Source: an uncultured bacterium (GTDB taxonomy: Bacteria; Patescibacteriota; Minisyncoccia; Moranbacterales; GWC2-37-73). From it: a stretch of DNA of 64,000 nt. Below, piece after piece: positions 36,859 through 46,502 of this stretch (within the stretch, counting starts at the first letter, position 1; the number at the start of each line of letters is the position of its first letter). Location: the NCBI GenBank assembly GCA_903851135.1, contig CAINNK010000045.1:28289-92288 (forward strand), given 5' to 3'. The position numbers and the translations under genes are program-made. The notes beneath the pieces were generated by a model, which saw only the letters and a list, made by a program, of their open reading frames with translations, was not told the origin of the DNA and ran no database searches.

Positions 36859-37099
36859 TATTTTCGTTACCAGCAAGCTGGACTAGTTATACTCCGCAGT
36901 AGAGCCTTTCTGCTTTTCAACCCCTTAAAAACTCACATCTTCTATTACGCAATTACATGATAGCATATTTCAGCCAGCTTGGCACTAGTTGTGGATGATT
37001 AAAGAATATAGCATCCACTTATTGCGCTGTCAAGCCAAGGCTTTAATGAAAAAAGCATGCTATAATTATACACGTAGACAAAGCTAACATAAAAAACAT

Positions 37100-37696
37100 A
37101 TGAAAAACGATAAGGATTTGGAAAAGATTGCTGATTTTTTGTTCGAAGCTGGAATGCTGGCTAAGACACCGCGAAGCGGATTTTATTTTCTGGGCAGTGG
37201 TGAGCAAAGTGTAGCTGAGCATGTTAACCGAGTTTGCTATGTTGGTTATGTGCTTGCACAGTTGGCTGGCGACGTGGATGAATCTGAAATTTTGAAAATG
37301 TGTTTGTTTCATGATTTCGCTGAAACGCGCGTTTCTGATTTGAACTATGTTCATCAAAAATATACTTCGCGACATGAACATCAGGCAATCGATGATTTGG
37401 CAGCTAGTTTGCCGTTTGGTCAAAAAATCAAGCAGATTATTGGCAGCTATGAAGAATGCACAAGCAAAGAAGCATTGCTGGCAAAGGATGCTGACAACAT
37501 TGAATTTATTTTGGCCTTAAAAGAGCAATGTGATATTGGAAACGAAAGAGCGCAATCCTGGATTAATGCTGCTATGAAAAGACTTAAAACTAAAGAAGGG
37601 AAAATGCTGGCTGACAAAATTATTCAAATTGATTCTGATCGTTGGTGGTTTGGAGACAAGGATGATCAATGGTGGGTCACAAGAAACAAGGAATAA
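37100..37696 (+). CDS. HD-domain phosphohydrolase (YfbR-like)
   Basis: H...HD motif (HVNRV...CLFHDFAETRVSD). Confidence 0.6.
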   Translation: MKNDKDLEKIADFLFEAGMLAKTPRSGFYFLGSGEQSVAEHVNRVCYVGYVLAQLAGDVDESEILKMCLFHDFAETRVSDLNYVHQKYTSRHEHQAIDDLAASLPFGQKIKQIIGSYEECTSKEALLAKDADNIEFILALKEQCDIGNERAQSWINAAMKRLKTKEGKMLADKIIQIDSDRWWFGDKDDQWWVTRNKE

Positions 37697-37715
37697 TTTT
37701 AACTGAAAAATTTAA

Positions 37716-37967
37716 ATGAAAAAAGAAAAAATATTTGACTCGGTAACGCAATTTGCAATTCCAATTCTCACTATAGGTTCGCAAATAATAATTTCACTCA
37801 AGTTTCCAAAATGGGGTCTTGTTGTTGTGCTCCTGGCTCAGCCTTTCTGGCTATACTCCACTTGGAAATCTTACAAGCAAGTCGGGCAAATCGGCATGTT
37901 TATCAACACCGTGGCTTTTACTGCCATAACTATTGTTGGGCTAGTAAACTACTGGATATTAAAATAG
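37716..37967 (+). CDS. Small membrane protein (83 aa, 2-3 TM), hypothetical
   Basis: Hydrophobic ORF. Confidence 0.35.
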   Translation: MKKEKIFDSVTQFAIPILTIGSQIIISLKFPKWGLVVVLLAQPFWLYSTWKSYKQVGQIGMFINTVAFTAITIVGLVNYWILK

Positions 37968-37990
37968 CAGCTTGTATTTTATATATCACA

Positions 37991-38020
37991 AAAAAAGAAG
38001 CTCTTATGAGCTTCTTTTTG
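37991..38020. terminator. Bidirectional terminator (AAAAAAGAAGCTC-TTAT-GAGCTTCTTTTTG)
   Basis: Perfect stem between convergent genes. Confidence 0.6.
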
Positions 38021-38039
38021 AATATATTTTTTGAGAAAA

Positions 38040-38324
38040 CTATTTTTTGATCACGTTTTTCTTTTCAGCTTTTGCTTTGACAACCTTGACTGGTTTGGCT
38101 TTGATAGCTTCTTTTTTGACAGCAGCCTTTTCAGAAAGTTTCTTGAAGCGATCAACGCGACCGGTGGTGTCAATCATTTTTTTCTTGCCAGTGTAGAAAG
38201 GATGGCAAGCGCTGCAGATTTCCGTGTTCATTTCAGCTTGAGTTGAGCCAGTGGTCAAAACTGCGCCACAAGAACAAGTGATAGTTGCAGTGGGATAATA
38301 AGTTGGGTGAATTGTTTTTTTCAT
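38040..38324 (-). CDS. rpmE: 50S ribosomal protein L31 with Lys-rich C-terminal extension
   Basis: [10 protein letters not shown]...CSCG...[13 protein letters not shown]...GRVDRF matches the L31 zinc-ribbon signature. A ~30-aa KA-rich tail follows. Confidence 0.8.
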   Translation of the reverse strand: MKKTIHPTYYPTATITCSCGAVLTTGSTQAEMNTEICSACHPFYTGKKKMIDTTGRVDRFKKLSEKAAVKKEAIKAKPVKVVKAKAEKKNVIKK

Positions 38325-38665
38325 AGATGTCTTATGGATTTAGCCGTCTTCAATAGCGGAAAAATCCACTTGCTGGTGAGAGGCGGGCAAATAACATTAA
38401 AATAGATAAATTGAGTACTCAACTACCGTAGCATGGATGCGCAGAATTGACAAGGGGGCTGGTTCTGTTATACTTGGTCTTGTACTCACTATTTAACAAA
38501 TACATACTTTCCTTGACCTCTTCCTGTCCCGATTTTATTGGGATTGAGGCCGAAAAAAGGGAAAAGTAGGTGATTGCACCGCCGACAAGGCGGACAGTAA
38601 TAATTAAGGAATAAGCTCGGTTTGATTTGCTGCCACAAGGCAGAATTTCAGCAGGGCAAACAAAC

Positions 38666-39445
38666 ATGGTAGAAAAAAATGCGCAAACAGCTGCTCCTCA
38701 GGCGGTTGTGGCAAAAAAAATGGTTGAGCGAGAAAGCTATTTCGCTTCTCTTGATGCGTCCAAAATTGAATTTACACTCGAAGAAATGATGAAAAATGGA
38801 GTTCATTTTGGTCATCAAAAAGCTCGTCGCAATCCAAAGATGGATGAATATATTTTCACCACTCGCAAGGGTATTAACATTATCGACTTGCAAAAGACGC
38901 AGGAAAAAATGCAAGAAGCGATTGATTTTATTAAAGCTTTGAAAAAAAGCGGTAAAAGCGTTCTTTTCGTGGGAACTAAGATTCAAGCCAAGGACTTGAT
39001 TCGCGATGTGGCTCAAGTCAGTGGGATGCCGTTTGTGACCGAAAGATGGCTTGGCGGAACTTTCACAAATTTCAAAATTATTCGCGGGCGAACTCGCTAC
39101 TTGGTAGAATCACAAGATAAACTTGCTCGCAACGAATACAAGAAATACACCAAGTTTGAACAGATGAAAAAGATTGAAGAGCTTGAAAAAATGGAAAAAC
39201 GCATGGGCGGAATTAAATTCATGACTGAACTTCCAGGTGCAATTTTTGCAGCTAGCATTAAAGAAGATAACTTGGCTATTATTGAAGCTCGTAAAATGGG
39301 CGTGCCAGTAATTGCTATCGCTGACACCAACACTGATCCGACTAAAATAGATTTCCCAATTCCAGCTAACGACGATGCAATTTCTTCACTGCGACTTATT
39401 CTTTCTTATGTCTTTAAGGCAATTGTAGAAGCGCAAAATAAATAG
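38666..39445 (+). CDS. rpsB: 30S ribosomal protein S2
   Basis: GVHFGHQKARRNPKM and following S2 core. Has an N-terminal extension. Start uncertain (38627 or 38666). Confidence 0.8.
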   Translation: MVEKNAQTAAPQAVVAKKMVERESYFASLDASKIEFTLEEMMKNGVHFGHQKARRNPKMDEYIFTTRKGINIIDLQKTQEKMQEAIDFIKALKKSGKSVLFVGTKIQAKDLIRDVAQVSGMPFVTERWLGGTFTNFKIIRGRTRYLVESQDKLARNEYKKYTKFEQMKKIEELEKMEKRMGGIKFMTELPGAIFAASIKEDNLAIIEARKMGVPVIAIADTNTDPTKIDFPIPANDDAISSLRLILSYVFKAIVEAQNK

Positions 39446-39449
39446 ATAA

Positions 39450-39478
39450 ATTTTTAATTTTTAATTTTTAATTTTTAA
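39450..39478. repeat. Tandem heptamer (TTTTTAA)x4
   Basis: Direct repeats in the rpsB-tsf spacer. A related CAAATTT-type array lies at 39561-39588. Confidence 0.6.
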
Positions 39479-39599
39479 TCAAATCTGAATGCTTTAATGT
39501 TTTAATTATTAGGACATTGAATAATTTCCGCCAAAGGCGGATCAGCCTAGAGCTGACATTTCAAATTTTAAATTTAAAATTTCAAATTAATGTATTGAC

Positions 39600-40178
39600 A
39601 TGTTGGAATTGATCAAAAAAATAAGAGAAAAAACTGGGGCTGGCATGGTGGCAGTCAAAAAAGCTATTGACGAAGCTGGTGGAAACGAAGAAAAGGCGAT
39701 TGAAATCTTGCGAAAGCAAGGCGCTGGCAAGGCGCTAAAGCGAGCTGAAAAAGAAGCCAAGGAGGGTGTGATAGTTTCTTATATCCACTCAAATAACAAA
39801 GTTGGAACTTTGATTAAACTGCTTTGTGAAACTGATTTTGTGGCTCGCAATGATGAATTTCAACAACTAGCCAAAGACATCGCGATGCATGTGACAGCGC
39901 TTAATCCGAAGTTTATCAAGCCAGAGGATGTTTCAATTGAAATTATTGAAAAAGAAAAAGAAATTTGGGCAGCTCAGTTGGCTCAAGAGGGGAAACCCGC
40001 TGAAATGCTTGAAAAGATTATGGCTGGTAAGGAAAAGAAATTTCGAGAAGAGTCAGCGCTTTTGACCCAAGCTTTCGTGAAAGATCCACAGAAGACAGTA
40101 GGCGACTTGATTGTGGAAAATGTTGGCAAGATGGGCGAGAACATCCAGATTGGCGAAATGGTTCGTTTTGAGTTATAG
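39600..40178 (+). CDS. tsf: Elongation factor Ts (short form)
   Basis: N-terminal LIKKIREKTGAGMVAVKKAIDEAGGNEEKAIEILR UBA-like signature of EF-Ts, and position after rpsB. Confidence 0.85.
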   Translation: MLELIKKIREKTGAGMVAVKKAIDEAGGNEEKAIEILRKQGAGKALKRAEKEAKEGVIVSYIHSNNKVGTLIKLLCETDFVARNDEFQQLAKDIAMHVTALNPKFIKPEDVSIEIIEKEKEIWAAQLAQEGKPAEMLEKIMAGKEKKFREESALLTQAFVKDPQKTVGDLIVENVGKMGENIQIGEMVRFEL

Positions 40179-40221
40179 GCTGTTGTAGTAAAATTCAAAG
40201 ATTAATCTAGGGTTAAAAAAT

Positions 40222-40998
40222 ATGTATACATATGCAGTCCGTGTTTATAGTTGGGAGCCTGCTCGAAAGTGTTTGAGCGAGCTTGAACTTGTTGATGGTG
40301 ACATGGTGGTGGTCAAAGATGATGCAGGACTTGAAATAGGTTTGATTGAAAGAAATGATAAACTGGTCAAAGACGAAAGAAACACCTCAATTATTCGCAA
40401 GGCTTCTGCTAGAGATATTGAGACCTATGAAAAGAACAAAGAGAAAAAGGTGGAAATTTTAAAATTGAGTAAAAGTGAAATCAAACGGCTTGATTTGAAT
40501 ATGAAGCTGGTTGATGCTCACATCAGTCTGGATGGGAACAGTGCAATCGTGTTGTTTACTTCAGATGAGCGAGTTGATTTTAGGGATTTGGTGAAAAATC
40601 TTTCTAGAATTTTTCATCGCAGTGTGCGGATGCATCAAGTTGGCTCACGGGATGAGGCTAGGAAATTGGGTGGTTGTGGTGTTTGTGGCCGAGATCTTTG
40701 TTGCCTGCGTTTTCCAGGGAGTTTGCCAAGCATTTCAATTGATATGGCCAGAGTTCAGCAAGTTGCGCATCGTGGAAGTGAAAGAATTTCTGGCGTATGT
40801 GGCCGTCTGATGTGTTGCCTCTCCTATGAAGCTGGTCAATATCAACAAATGCTAGCAGGAATGCCTGAAGTGCATAGCAGTGTGCGGTTGAAAGAAGGAA
40901 AAGGTGAAGTTATTGAGCTTAATGCGCTTACTTGTGACATTAAAGTTCGTCTGACTGACGGAACAATTGTGTTGGTGAAAAAAGAAGAATTGCTCTGA
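40222..40998 (+). CDS. PSP1 C-terminal domain protein (RicT/YaaT-like)
   Basis: Paired Cys motifs CGVCGRDLCC and CGRLMCCLSYE characteristic of PSP1/YaaT. Confidence 0.6.
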   Translation: MYTYAVRVYSWEPARKCLSELELVDGDMVVVKDDAGLEIGLIERNDKLVKDERNTSIIRKASARDIETYEKNKEKKVEILKLSKSEIKRLDLNMKLVDAHISLDGNSAIVLFTSDERVDFRDLVKNLSRIFHRSVRMHQVGSRDEARKLGGCGVCGRDLCCLRFPGSLPSISIDMARVQQVAHRGSERISGVCGRLMCCLSYEAGQYQQMLAGMPEVHSSVRLKEGKGEVIELNALTCDIKVRLTDGTIVLVKKEELL

Positions 40999-41024
40999 TA
41001 TTTTGCAAACTAATTACACGTCAA

Positions 41025-41678
41025 ATGTTATATTATATTTTACCACCATTTATTATCGTTATCAGCGCCGGCGCCTTGGTGATGTTTTTGTTTCGCAAAA
41101 TGGAAAACGTTGCTGAGGATGAAATTTCGAGTCCAGTTTCACTGCAAAAAGCAACTGGCAAATTTGAGTCTTTCAAATCTTGGCTAAGTCAGTTTGGATT
41201 GAAAATGTTGGAAAAATTAATGCACAGAGCAAAATTGTTTGCCTTGAAATTTCACAATTCTAGTAATGAGCTCTTTCATTCAATCAAAGAAAAAAGGGAG
41301 AAAAAAATGAAAGTTATGCAAGAAGCAAAACAACAAGAACCTGAAGTTTTGCAGCAAATCAGTCAGGTTTTGCAAGCATCGGATGATGATCGCCCAAGAG
41401 TAAAAGAAATGGTGCATCCTTCGAGTCATCAAGTTCCAGCCAATGCAACTCAAAAAGCGAAGGCGAGAGCAGCTAAAGACAAGTTGGAAGAAGCGCTTAT
41501 TAGGCGAATCGCCATTAATCCTCGCGACATCGAAGCGTATGAGCGGTTGGGTGATTATTATATGGAAAGAGAAAATTATCGTGATTCATTGGAGTGCTTT
41601 AAACAAGTTTTGAAATTGAGCCCAGCTCATCACAAGGCTAGAACCCGAATCCGAAAATTGGAAAGTCTCTTGAAATAA
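41025..41678 (+). CDS. Hypothetical membrane-anchored protein with C-terminal TPR-like helical repeats
   Basis: N-terminal TM. C-terminal AYERLGDYYMERENYRDSLECFKQVLKLSP resembles a TPR unit. Confidence 0.4.
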   Translation: MLYYILPPFIIVISAGALVMFLFRKMENVAEDEISSPVSLQKATGKFESFKSWLSQFGLKMLEKLMHRAKLFALKFHNSSNELFHSIKEKREKKMKVMQEAKQQEPEVLQQISQVLQASDDDRPRVKEMVHPSSHQVPANATQKAKARAAKDKLEEALIRRIAINPRDIEAYERLGDYYMERENYRDSLECFKQVLKLSPAHHKARTRIRKLESLLK

Positions 41679-41738
41679 GGAAAAAAACAGAAATACTTGT
41701 CTTTTGTTGAAATTTGTTTATAATGGATAGAATGTAGT

Positions 41739-41810
41739 GCCACCCTAGCTCAACGGTAGAGCTACTGTTTTGTAAACAGTAGGTTATCGGTTCAAATCCG
41801 GTGGGTGGCT
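41739..41810 (+). tRNA. tRNA-Thr (anticodon UGU)
   Basis: Hand-folded cloverleaf: acceptor GCCACCC/GGGTGGC, D arm GCTC-AACGGTA-GAGC, anticodon arm ACTGT-TTTGTAA-ACAGT, T arm AGGTT..TTCAAAT..CCGGT wait-checked as GGTTATCGG/TTCAAAT/CCGG. No encoded CCA. Confidence 0.7.
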
Positions 41811-41923
41811 CAAGGAGATGTAGAATGTATTATGTAGAAATGTATGATGTATTTTGTAGTATGTATAATGTATGTGATTTAATGCATGATACTTTATACA
41901 AAATACATAATACTTGAGCCCAG

Positions 41924-42006
41924 GGGTAGATACCAAAGTGGTCAACTGGATCTGGCTGTAAACCAGACGGCTTACGCCTTCGGGGGTTCGAATCCCTCTC
42001 TGCCCA
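41924..42006 (+). tRNA. tRNA-Tyr (anticodon GUA), long variable arm
   Basis: Acceptor GGGTAGA/TCTGCCC (one G-U pair), anticodon arm TCTGG-CTGTAAA-CCAGA, long variable arm, T arm GGGGG-TTCGAAT-CCCTC. Confidence 0.75.
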
Positions 42007-42021
42007 CAAAATTTAAAACAA

Positions 42022-42046
42022 ATGCCCCTCAAGGCATTGGTTTTTA
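42022..42046 (+). terminator. Hairpin AATGCC-CCTCAAG-GCATTGG followed by a T-run
   Basis: Stem plus TTTTT directly after tRNA-Tyr. Confidence 0.4.
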
Positions 42047-42244
42047 ATTTTGTATGATAGTGAAAAGGGATTCGAACCGGCAGCAGTGAGCTAGAAATTT
42101 TTCAGTAGGAAAATTTCGCAGCGAACGCCGACAAATGCGGATGAGCATTTGGCGCTGCCGCGGACAAGGAGTTTGTGAGTGTCGACGAACAAACGATGCG
42201 ACGCTTATTTCTTAACCCAGTTCTTATCACTACCAAATTGTATT

Positions 42245-42317
42245 GCCGTTGTAGCTCAGTTGGTAGAGCACATCCTTGGTAGGGATGAGGTCTGCGGTCC
42301 GATTCCGCACAACGGCT
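42245..42317 (+). tRNA. tRNA-Thr (anticodon GGU)
   Basis: Acceptor GCCGTTG/CAACGGC perfect; D arm GCTC-AGTTGGTA-GAGC; anticodon arm CATCC-TTGGTAG-GGATG; T arm TGCGG-TCCGATT-CCGCA. Confidence 0.75.
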
Positions 42318-42491
42318 CAGGAAATTTAAAAGGTATGGCGCCCCAGCACCAAATTCCGAAAAGAATTTGAGGTTGGATAAAATTTTCTTCACGGAAACGC
42401 CTCCGGCTTAGGTTAGTAATAATTGTAAATTTTAATAAAGAATTGGTGCGGGACGCTCATATTTGTAGCTGTTCGTACCTCACAGACAAAT

Positions 42492-42656
42492 ATGGCGACA
42501 AAGACAAAGGAAAATTTGGTGAAACTGAAATGTAGTGAATGCAAAAACATCACCTATTACACTTCACGCAACAAGAAAATTATCAAGGAAAAACTTGAGC
42601 TCAGCAAGTATTGCAAATTCTGCCGCAAGCACACAAACCACAAGGAAATGAAGTAG
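42492..42656 (+). CDS. rpmG: 50S ribosomal protein L33
   Basis: MATKTKENLVKLKCSECKNITYYTSRNKK...KLELSKYCKFCRKHTNHKEMK matches the L33 zinc-ribbon pattern (C-x2-C...C-x2-C). 54 aa, below the ORF-track cutoff. Confidence 0.8.
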   Translation: MATKTKENLVKLKCSECKNITYYTSRNKKIIKEKLELSKYCKFCRKHTNHKEMK

Positions 42657-42691
42657 TTTATATTGGGCGGGCTTTGCCCGTCTTTATATTT

Positions 42692-42762
42692 GCGGGTGTC
42701 GTATAGTGGTAGTACGTCGGTCTCCAAAACCGTTGGCGGGAGTTCGATTCTCTCCACCCGTG
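42692..42762 (+). tRNA. tRNA-Trp (anticodon CCA)
   Basis: Near-collinear with E. coli tRNA-Trp: anticodon arm TCGGT-CTCCAAA-ACCGT, T arm GGGAG-TTCGATT-CTCTC, acceptor GCGGGTG/CACCCGT (G1-U72 wobble). Follows rpmG. Confidence 0.75.
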
Positions 42763-42823
42763 CAAACTTACAAGGTTCTCAAAAGACCGGTTACCCATGC
42801 TGGGAAAGGCCTTGAAAACCCAG

Positions 42824-42857
42824 AAAACACGACTTTTCAATAGGTCGTGTTTTTTGT
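42824..42857 (+). terminator. Rho-independent terminator (GAAAACACGAC-TTTTCAATAG-GTCGTGTTTTTTG)
   Basis: 11-bp stem plus T6 after the tRNA-Trp/rpmG unit. Confidence 0.55.
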
Positions 42858-43009
42858 ATTTCAGTGGTGTCTAACCACCTCCTAGTAGTTGGAATCGAAC
42901 TTGTTTTTTATTAGTCCATCTCTTATTTAAATTCCTTGAGTTAACGCCTATTAAGTGATACCATAAAAACACAGAAAAACATTAAAAATAGCTAAATTTG
43001 TCTTAATAA

Positions 43010-44587
43010 ATGGAAATTAATTTTATGTCAAAAGAAACAAAAACAACCAACAATAAATCTCTTGAGCAGTGGATCTGGGATTCGGCTTGTGCTATTCGTG
43101 GCGCCAAGGATGCAGGAAAATTCAAGGATTATATTTTGCCACTTATTTTTGTAAAAAGGCTTTGTGATGTTTTTGATGACGAAATAAACAGAATTGCTAA
43201 AGGTGGATCAAGAATTGAAGCACTAAAACGCATTGACGCCGATCATTCACGCGTTCGTTTTTATATCCCAATTCGTCCAAAAAATTCAGAAACGGAAGAT
43301 TCTTGGAATGCAATTCGTTCACTTTCAAGCAATATTGGTGAAGAACTCACGCGCATTATTCGAGAAATTGCTTCGCATAATTCAATTCTTGATGGCGTTA
43401 TTGATACTGTTGATTATAACGCCACCACTCGCGGACAAAGAGAAATCGACGACGATCGTCTTTCAAATCTTATTGAAGCCATAAGTCAAAAAAGACTTGG
43501 ACTTCATGATGTTGAACCCGACATCATTGGTCGCAGTTATGAATATTTGATTCGCAAATTTGCAGAAGGATCAGGACAATCAGCTGGCGAATTCTACACT
43601 CCTCGCGAAGTCGGAATGATCATGGCAAGTATAATGGATGCTGAACCAGGCATGGATGTTTATGATCCAACTTGCGGATCAGCCGGACTTCTTATCAAAT
43701 GCGAATTAGCACTCAAGGAAAAACAAGAAAAGCTAGGCACAAAAACTTTTGCTCCACTTCATCTTTATGGTCAGGAATATACTCCGACAAGTTGGGCTAT
43801 GGCAAAAATGAATATGATTATTCATGACATGGAGGGAGATGTTGAACTTGGCGACACATTCAATAATCCAAAATTCAAAGATGCCACTGGCCACGGAATC
43901 AAAAAGTTTGATTTAGCAGTTGCAAATCCGATGTGGAATCAATCGGGATTTAATGAAGAAATTTATACAAATGACGCCTATCATCGTTTTCCTGCTGGAA
44001 ATCCGGGTGGAAAAGCCGATTGGGGATGGGTGCAACATATTTTTTCAAGCCTAAAAGACAGTGGACGAGCTGCAGTTGTCTTGGACACTGGCGCTGCTTC
44101 GCGTGGCAGTGGCAACGCAAACACCAACAAAGAAAAAGATGTGCGCAAATGGTTCATTGAACAAGATTTGATTGAAGGGATTTTATATCTTCCAGAAAAT
44201 TTGTTCTACAACACCACCGCTCCGGGAATTATTGTTTTCATTAACAAAAACAAATCTGCAAAATTGAAAGATAAAATTTTCCTTATAAATGCTGGTAAAG
44301 AATTCATCAAAGGTGATCCAAAAAATTATGTTTCTGATGAGCAGATGAAAAAAATTGTTGAAGCATATAGCACTAAAAGGGTTATTGATAATTTTAGCGT
44401 GTTTGTCGGCAAAGATGAAATTATTAAAAATGATTATAATATTTCACCTTCACGATATATCCATATTGGCGATGTTGCAGAATATGAAACAGTTGAAAAT
44501 ATTTTAAGTAAACTTGCGGAAGTTGAATTGAAAGCTAAAGCGGCAGATAAAAATTTACAAAAAGTTTTGAAGGAACTTGGATTTTAA
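43010..44587 (+). CDS. hsdM: Type I restriction-modification system, DNA methyltransferase subunit M
   Basis: HsdM N-terminal domain (WIWDSACAIRGAKD...YILPLIFVKRL), SAM motif VYDPTCGSAGLL, catalytic NPxW-type motif VANPMW. Confidence 0.85.
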   Translation: MEINFMSKETKTTNNKSLEQWIWDSACAIRGAKDAGKFKDYILPLIFVKRLCDVFDDEINRIAKGGSRIEALKRIDADHSRVRFYIPIRPKNSETEDSWNAIRSLSSNIGEELTRIIREIASHNSILDGVIDTVDYNATTRGQREIDDDRLSNLIEAISQKRLGLHDVEPDIIGRSYEYLIRKFAEGSGQSAGEFYTPREVGMIMASIMDAEPGMDVYDPTCGSAGLLIKCELALKEKQEKLGTKTFAPLHLYGQEYTPTSWAMAKMNMIIHDMEGDVELGDTFNNPKFKDATGHGIKKFDLAVANPMWNQSGFNEEIYTNDAYHRFPAGNPGGKADWGWVQHIFSSLKDSGRAAVVLDTGAASRGSGNANTNKEKDVRKWFIEQDLIEGILYLPENLFYNTTAPGIIVFINKNKSAKLKDKIFLINAGKEFIKGDPKNYVSDEQMKKIVEAYSTKRVIDNFSVFVGKDEIIKNDYNISPSRYIHIGDVAEYETVENILSKLAEVELKAKAADKNLQKVLKELGF

Positions 44588-45251
44588 ACATATGAACATA
44601 ATTGATCAAAAAATTATAGAAAGAATTGCACAATTGGAAGAAAAGGCCATGAGAGTAAAATCAACTCACACGCCAAATCCTTCAAATGTTATTGGATTTC
44701 CAACTTTGGATAGTGGCTCCTTAAATGAATGGAAGGTGAGCGCTGAGAATTTAATAATTAAAGTTGCCGGAAAAGAAAGCTCATATTATGAAAATTTTAT
44801 CAGAGCAGTTAAAGGTGGCTATCAGAGCAGTGTTGATTCAGGAGTAGGAATTCTTAGAGGTTTAAAAGATGATATTGAACAGGGATTTCTTGTCTCTGTG
44901 CAGGATTTGGTGAAAGCTGAGGTCTTTGCTGATTTTTTGGAGATAGCAGGACATCTGCTTGATAATAATTATAAGGATCCAGCAGCCTCTTTGATTGGAG
45001 CCACTCTTGAAAAAAGTTTAAAAGATATTGCTACAAAAAACTGCATTGCTTTTTCAAAAAGAGACGGCATTGATGATTTGAACAAAAAATTAGCCCAAAG
45101 CAACACCTATAATGCTTTAGTTCAAAAGCAAATAGATGTTTGGCGAACGATTAGAAATTCTGCAGATCATGGAAAATTCAATGATTATACAATTGACGAT
45201 GTTAAAAATATGAAAGCCGGAATTGAAAGCTTTTTAGCTAATTATTTATGA
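44577..45251 (+). CDS. HEPN-domain protein embedded in the type I RM operon
   Basis: 224 aa, overlaps the hsdM stop by 11 nt. C-terminal Rx4H motif IRNSADHG typical of HEPN RNases. Confidence 0.45.
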   Translation: MDFKHMNIIDQKIIERIAQLEEKAMRVKSTHTPNPSNVIGFPTLDSGSLNEWKVSAENLIIKVAGKESSYYENFIRAVKGGYQSSVDSGVGILRGLKDDIEQGFLVSVQDLVKAEVFADFLEIAGHLLDNNYKDPAASLIGATLEKSLKDIATKNCIAFSKRDGIDDLNKKLAQSNTYNALVQKQIDVWRTIRNSADHGKFNDYTIDDVKNMKAGIESFLANYL

Positions 45252-46501
45252 CAGTAAAAAAAGATACAACTAAAGCTTGGAATAAAGTCAAAATTAAAGA
45301 TTTTGGTACTGTTTCTACTGGCACAACTCCAAGTACAAAAAAAGAAGAATACTATGGGGGAGCCTATAAGCTAATATCCCCATCTGATCTTACTGATTCA
45401 AAATATATAACCACGGCACATAAATTCATCTCAGATGAGGGTTTAAAAGTTTCTCGAACTTTGCCGAAAAATTCAGTTTTGGTTGGATGTATTGGAAATG
45501 TTGGAAAAATAGGAATAACAACAGATGAAATTTCAACTTTCAATCAACAAATCAATGCAGTAGTTTGCAATGATAATTTTGATGCAGACTTTGTTTATTA
45601 TTTACTTAGATATAATCGACCATTATTAGAAAGTAAAGCGGCTAAAGTAACTTTGCCAATTTTAAACAAAAACAATTTTGAGAATATAGAATTTGATGTT
45701 CCTGAATTATCAGAACAAAAATTAATAGCAAAAACTCTTTCATCTGTTCAAGATGCAATTATGGGGCAAGAAGAGTTGATTGCCAAACTCAAAGATTTGA
45801 AACAATGCATGATGCAACAGCTTTTTACTCATGGCACAAAAGGTGAAAAAACAAAGATAACTGAAATTGGTGAAATCCCTGAAAGTTGGAAACTTGTGGA
45901 ATTAAAAGAAATCATAAGTTCACTTGCAGCTGGAGTCAGTGTTAATTCATATGATAGGGCTATTAAAGATGGTGAATATGGAATATTAAAAACAAGTTGT
46001 GTTACACTTGGTATTTTTGATTCACGTCAAAATAAAGCCGTCATCGAGAAAGAGGTTGCTAGATTAGCAACACCTCTCAAGTCGGATACTATAGTCATAA
46101 GCAGAATGAATACTCCCGAACTTGTTGGAGCGAATGCATATGTAAAAAATGGTAATCCGTTATTATTTCTCCCTGATCGCTTATGGCAAATAGAATTAAA
46201 AGATTATAATAAACATTCTATGCGCTGGATAGCGTATTATCTGCAGTTGATGTGGCAAAAAGGTATATTTGCAGATATTTCTTCGGGCACGAGTGCAAGT
46301 ATGAAAAATATCACCAAAGCACGATTACTTGGTCTTACTGTGGGCGTAGCTTCTTTTGATGAGCAAAGTTCTATTGCGTTAAGATTGGAGGCAATTGATG
46401 TAAGACTTGAGGTTGTTCAAGAAAAACTATCGAATTATCAAAATCTTTTTAAAACTTTGCTTCATGAATTGCTGAGCCGTAAAAGAAAAATAGCCAAATA
46501 A
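45248..46501 (+). CDS. hsdS: Type I RM specificity subunit S (two target-recognition domains)
   Basis: Duplicated TRD architecture with conserved central and C-terminal helical repeats (LEVVQEKLSNYQNLFKTLLHELLS). Overlaps the upstream gene by 4 nt. Confidence 0.8.
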   Translation: MTVKKDTTKAWNKVKIKDFGTVSTGTTPSTKKEEYYGGAYKLISPSDLTDSKYITTAHKFISDEGLKVSRTLPKNSVLVGCIGNVGKIGITTDEISTFNQQINAVVCNDNFDADFVYYLLRYNRPLLESKAAKVTLPILNKNNFENIEFDVPELSEQKLIAKTLSSVQDAIMGQEELIAKLKDLKQCMMQQLFTHGTKGEKTKITEIGEIPESWKLVELKEIISSLAAGVSVNSYDRAIKDGEYGILKTSCVTLGIFDSRQNKAVIEKEVARLATPLKSDTIVISRMNTPELVGANAYVKNGNPLLFLPDRLWQIELKDYNKHSMRWIAYYLQLMWQKGIFADISSGTSASMKNITKARLLGLTVGVASFDEQSSIALRLEAIDVRLEVVQEKLSNYQNLFKTLLHELLSRKRKIAK

Positions 46502-46502
46502 T

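Noticed and set aside
42007-42244. tmRNA or RNase P RNA in the tRNA-cluster spacer
   Set aside because: 238 nt is too short for either (~350 nt). No tmRNA tag-reading-frame or 3' GGUUCGA..CCA acceptor context could be assembled.
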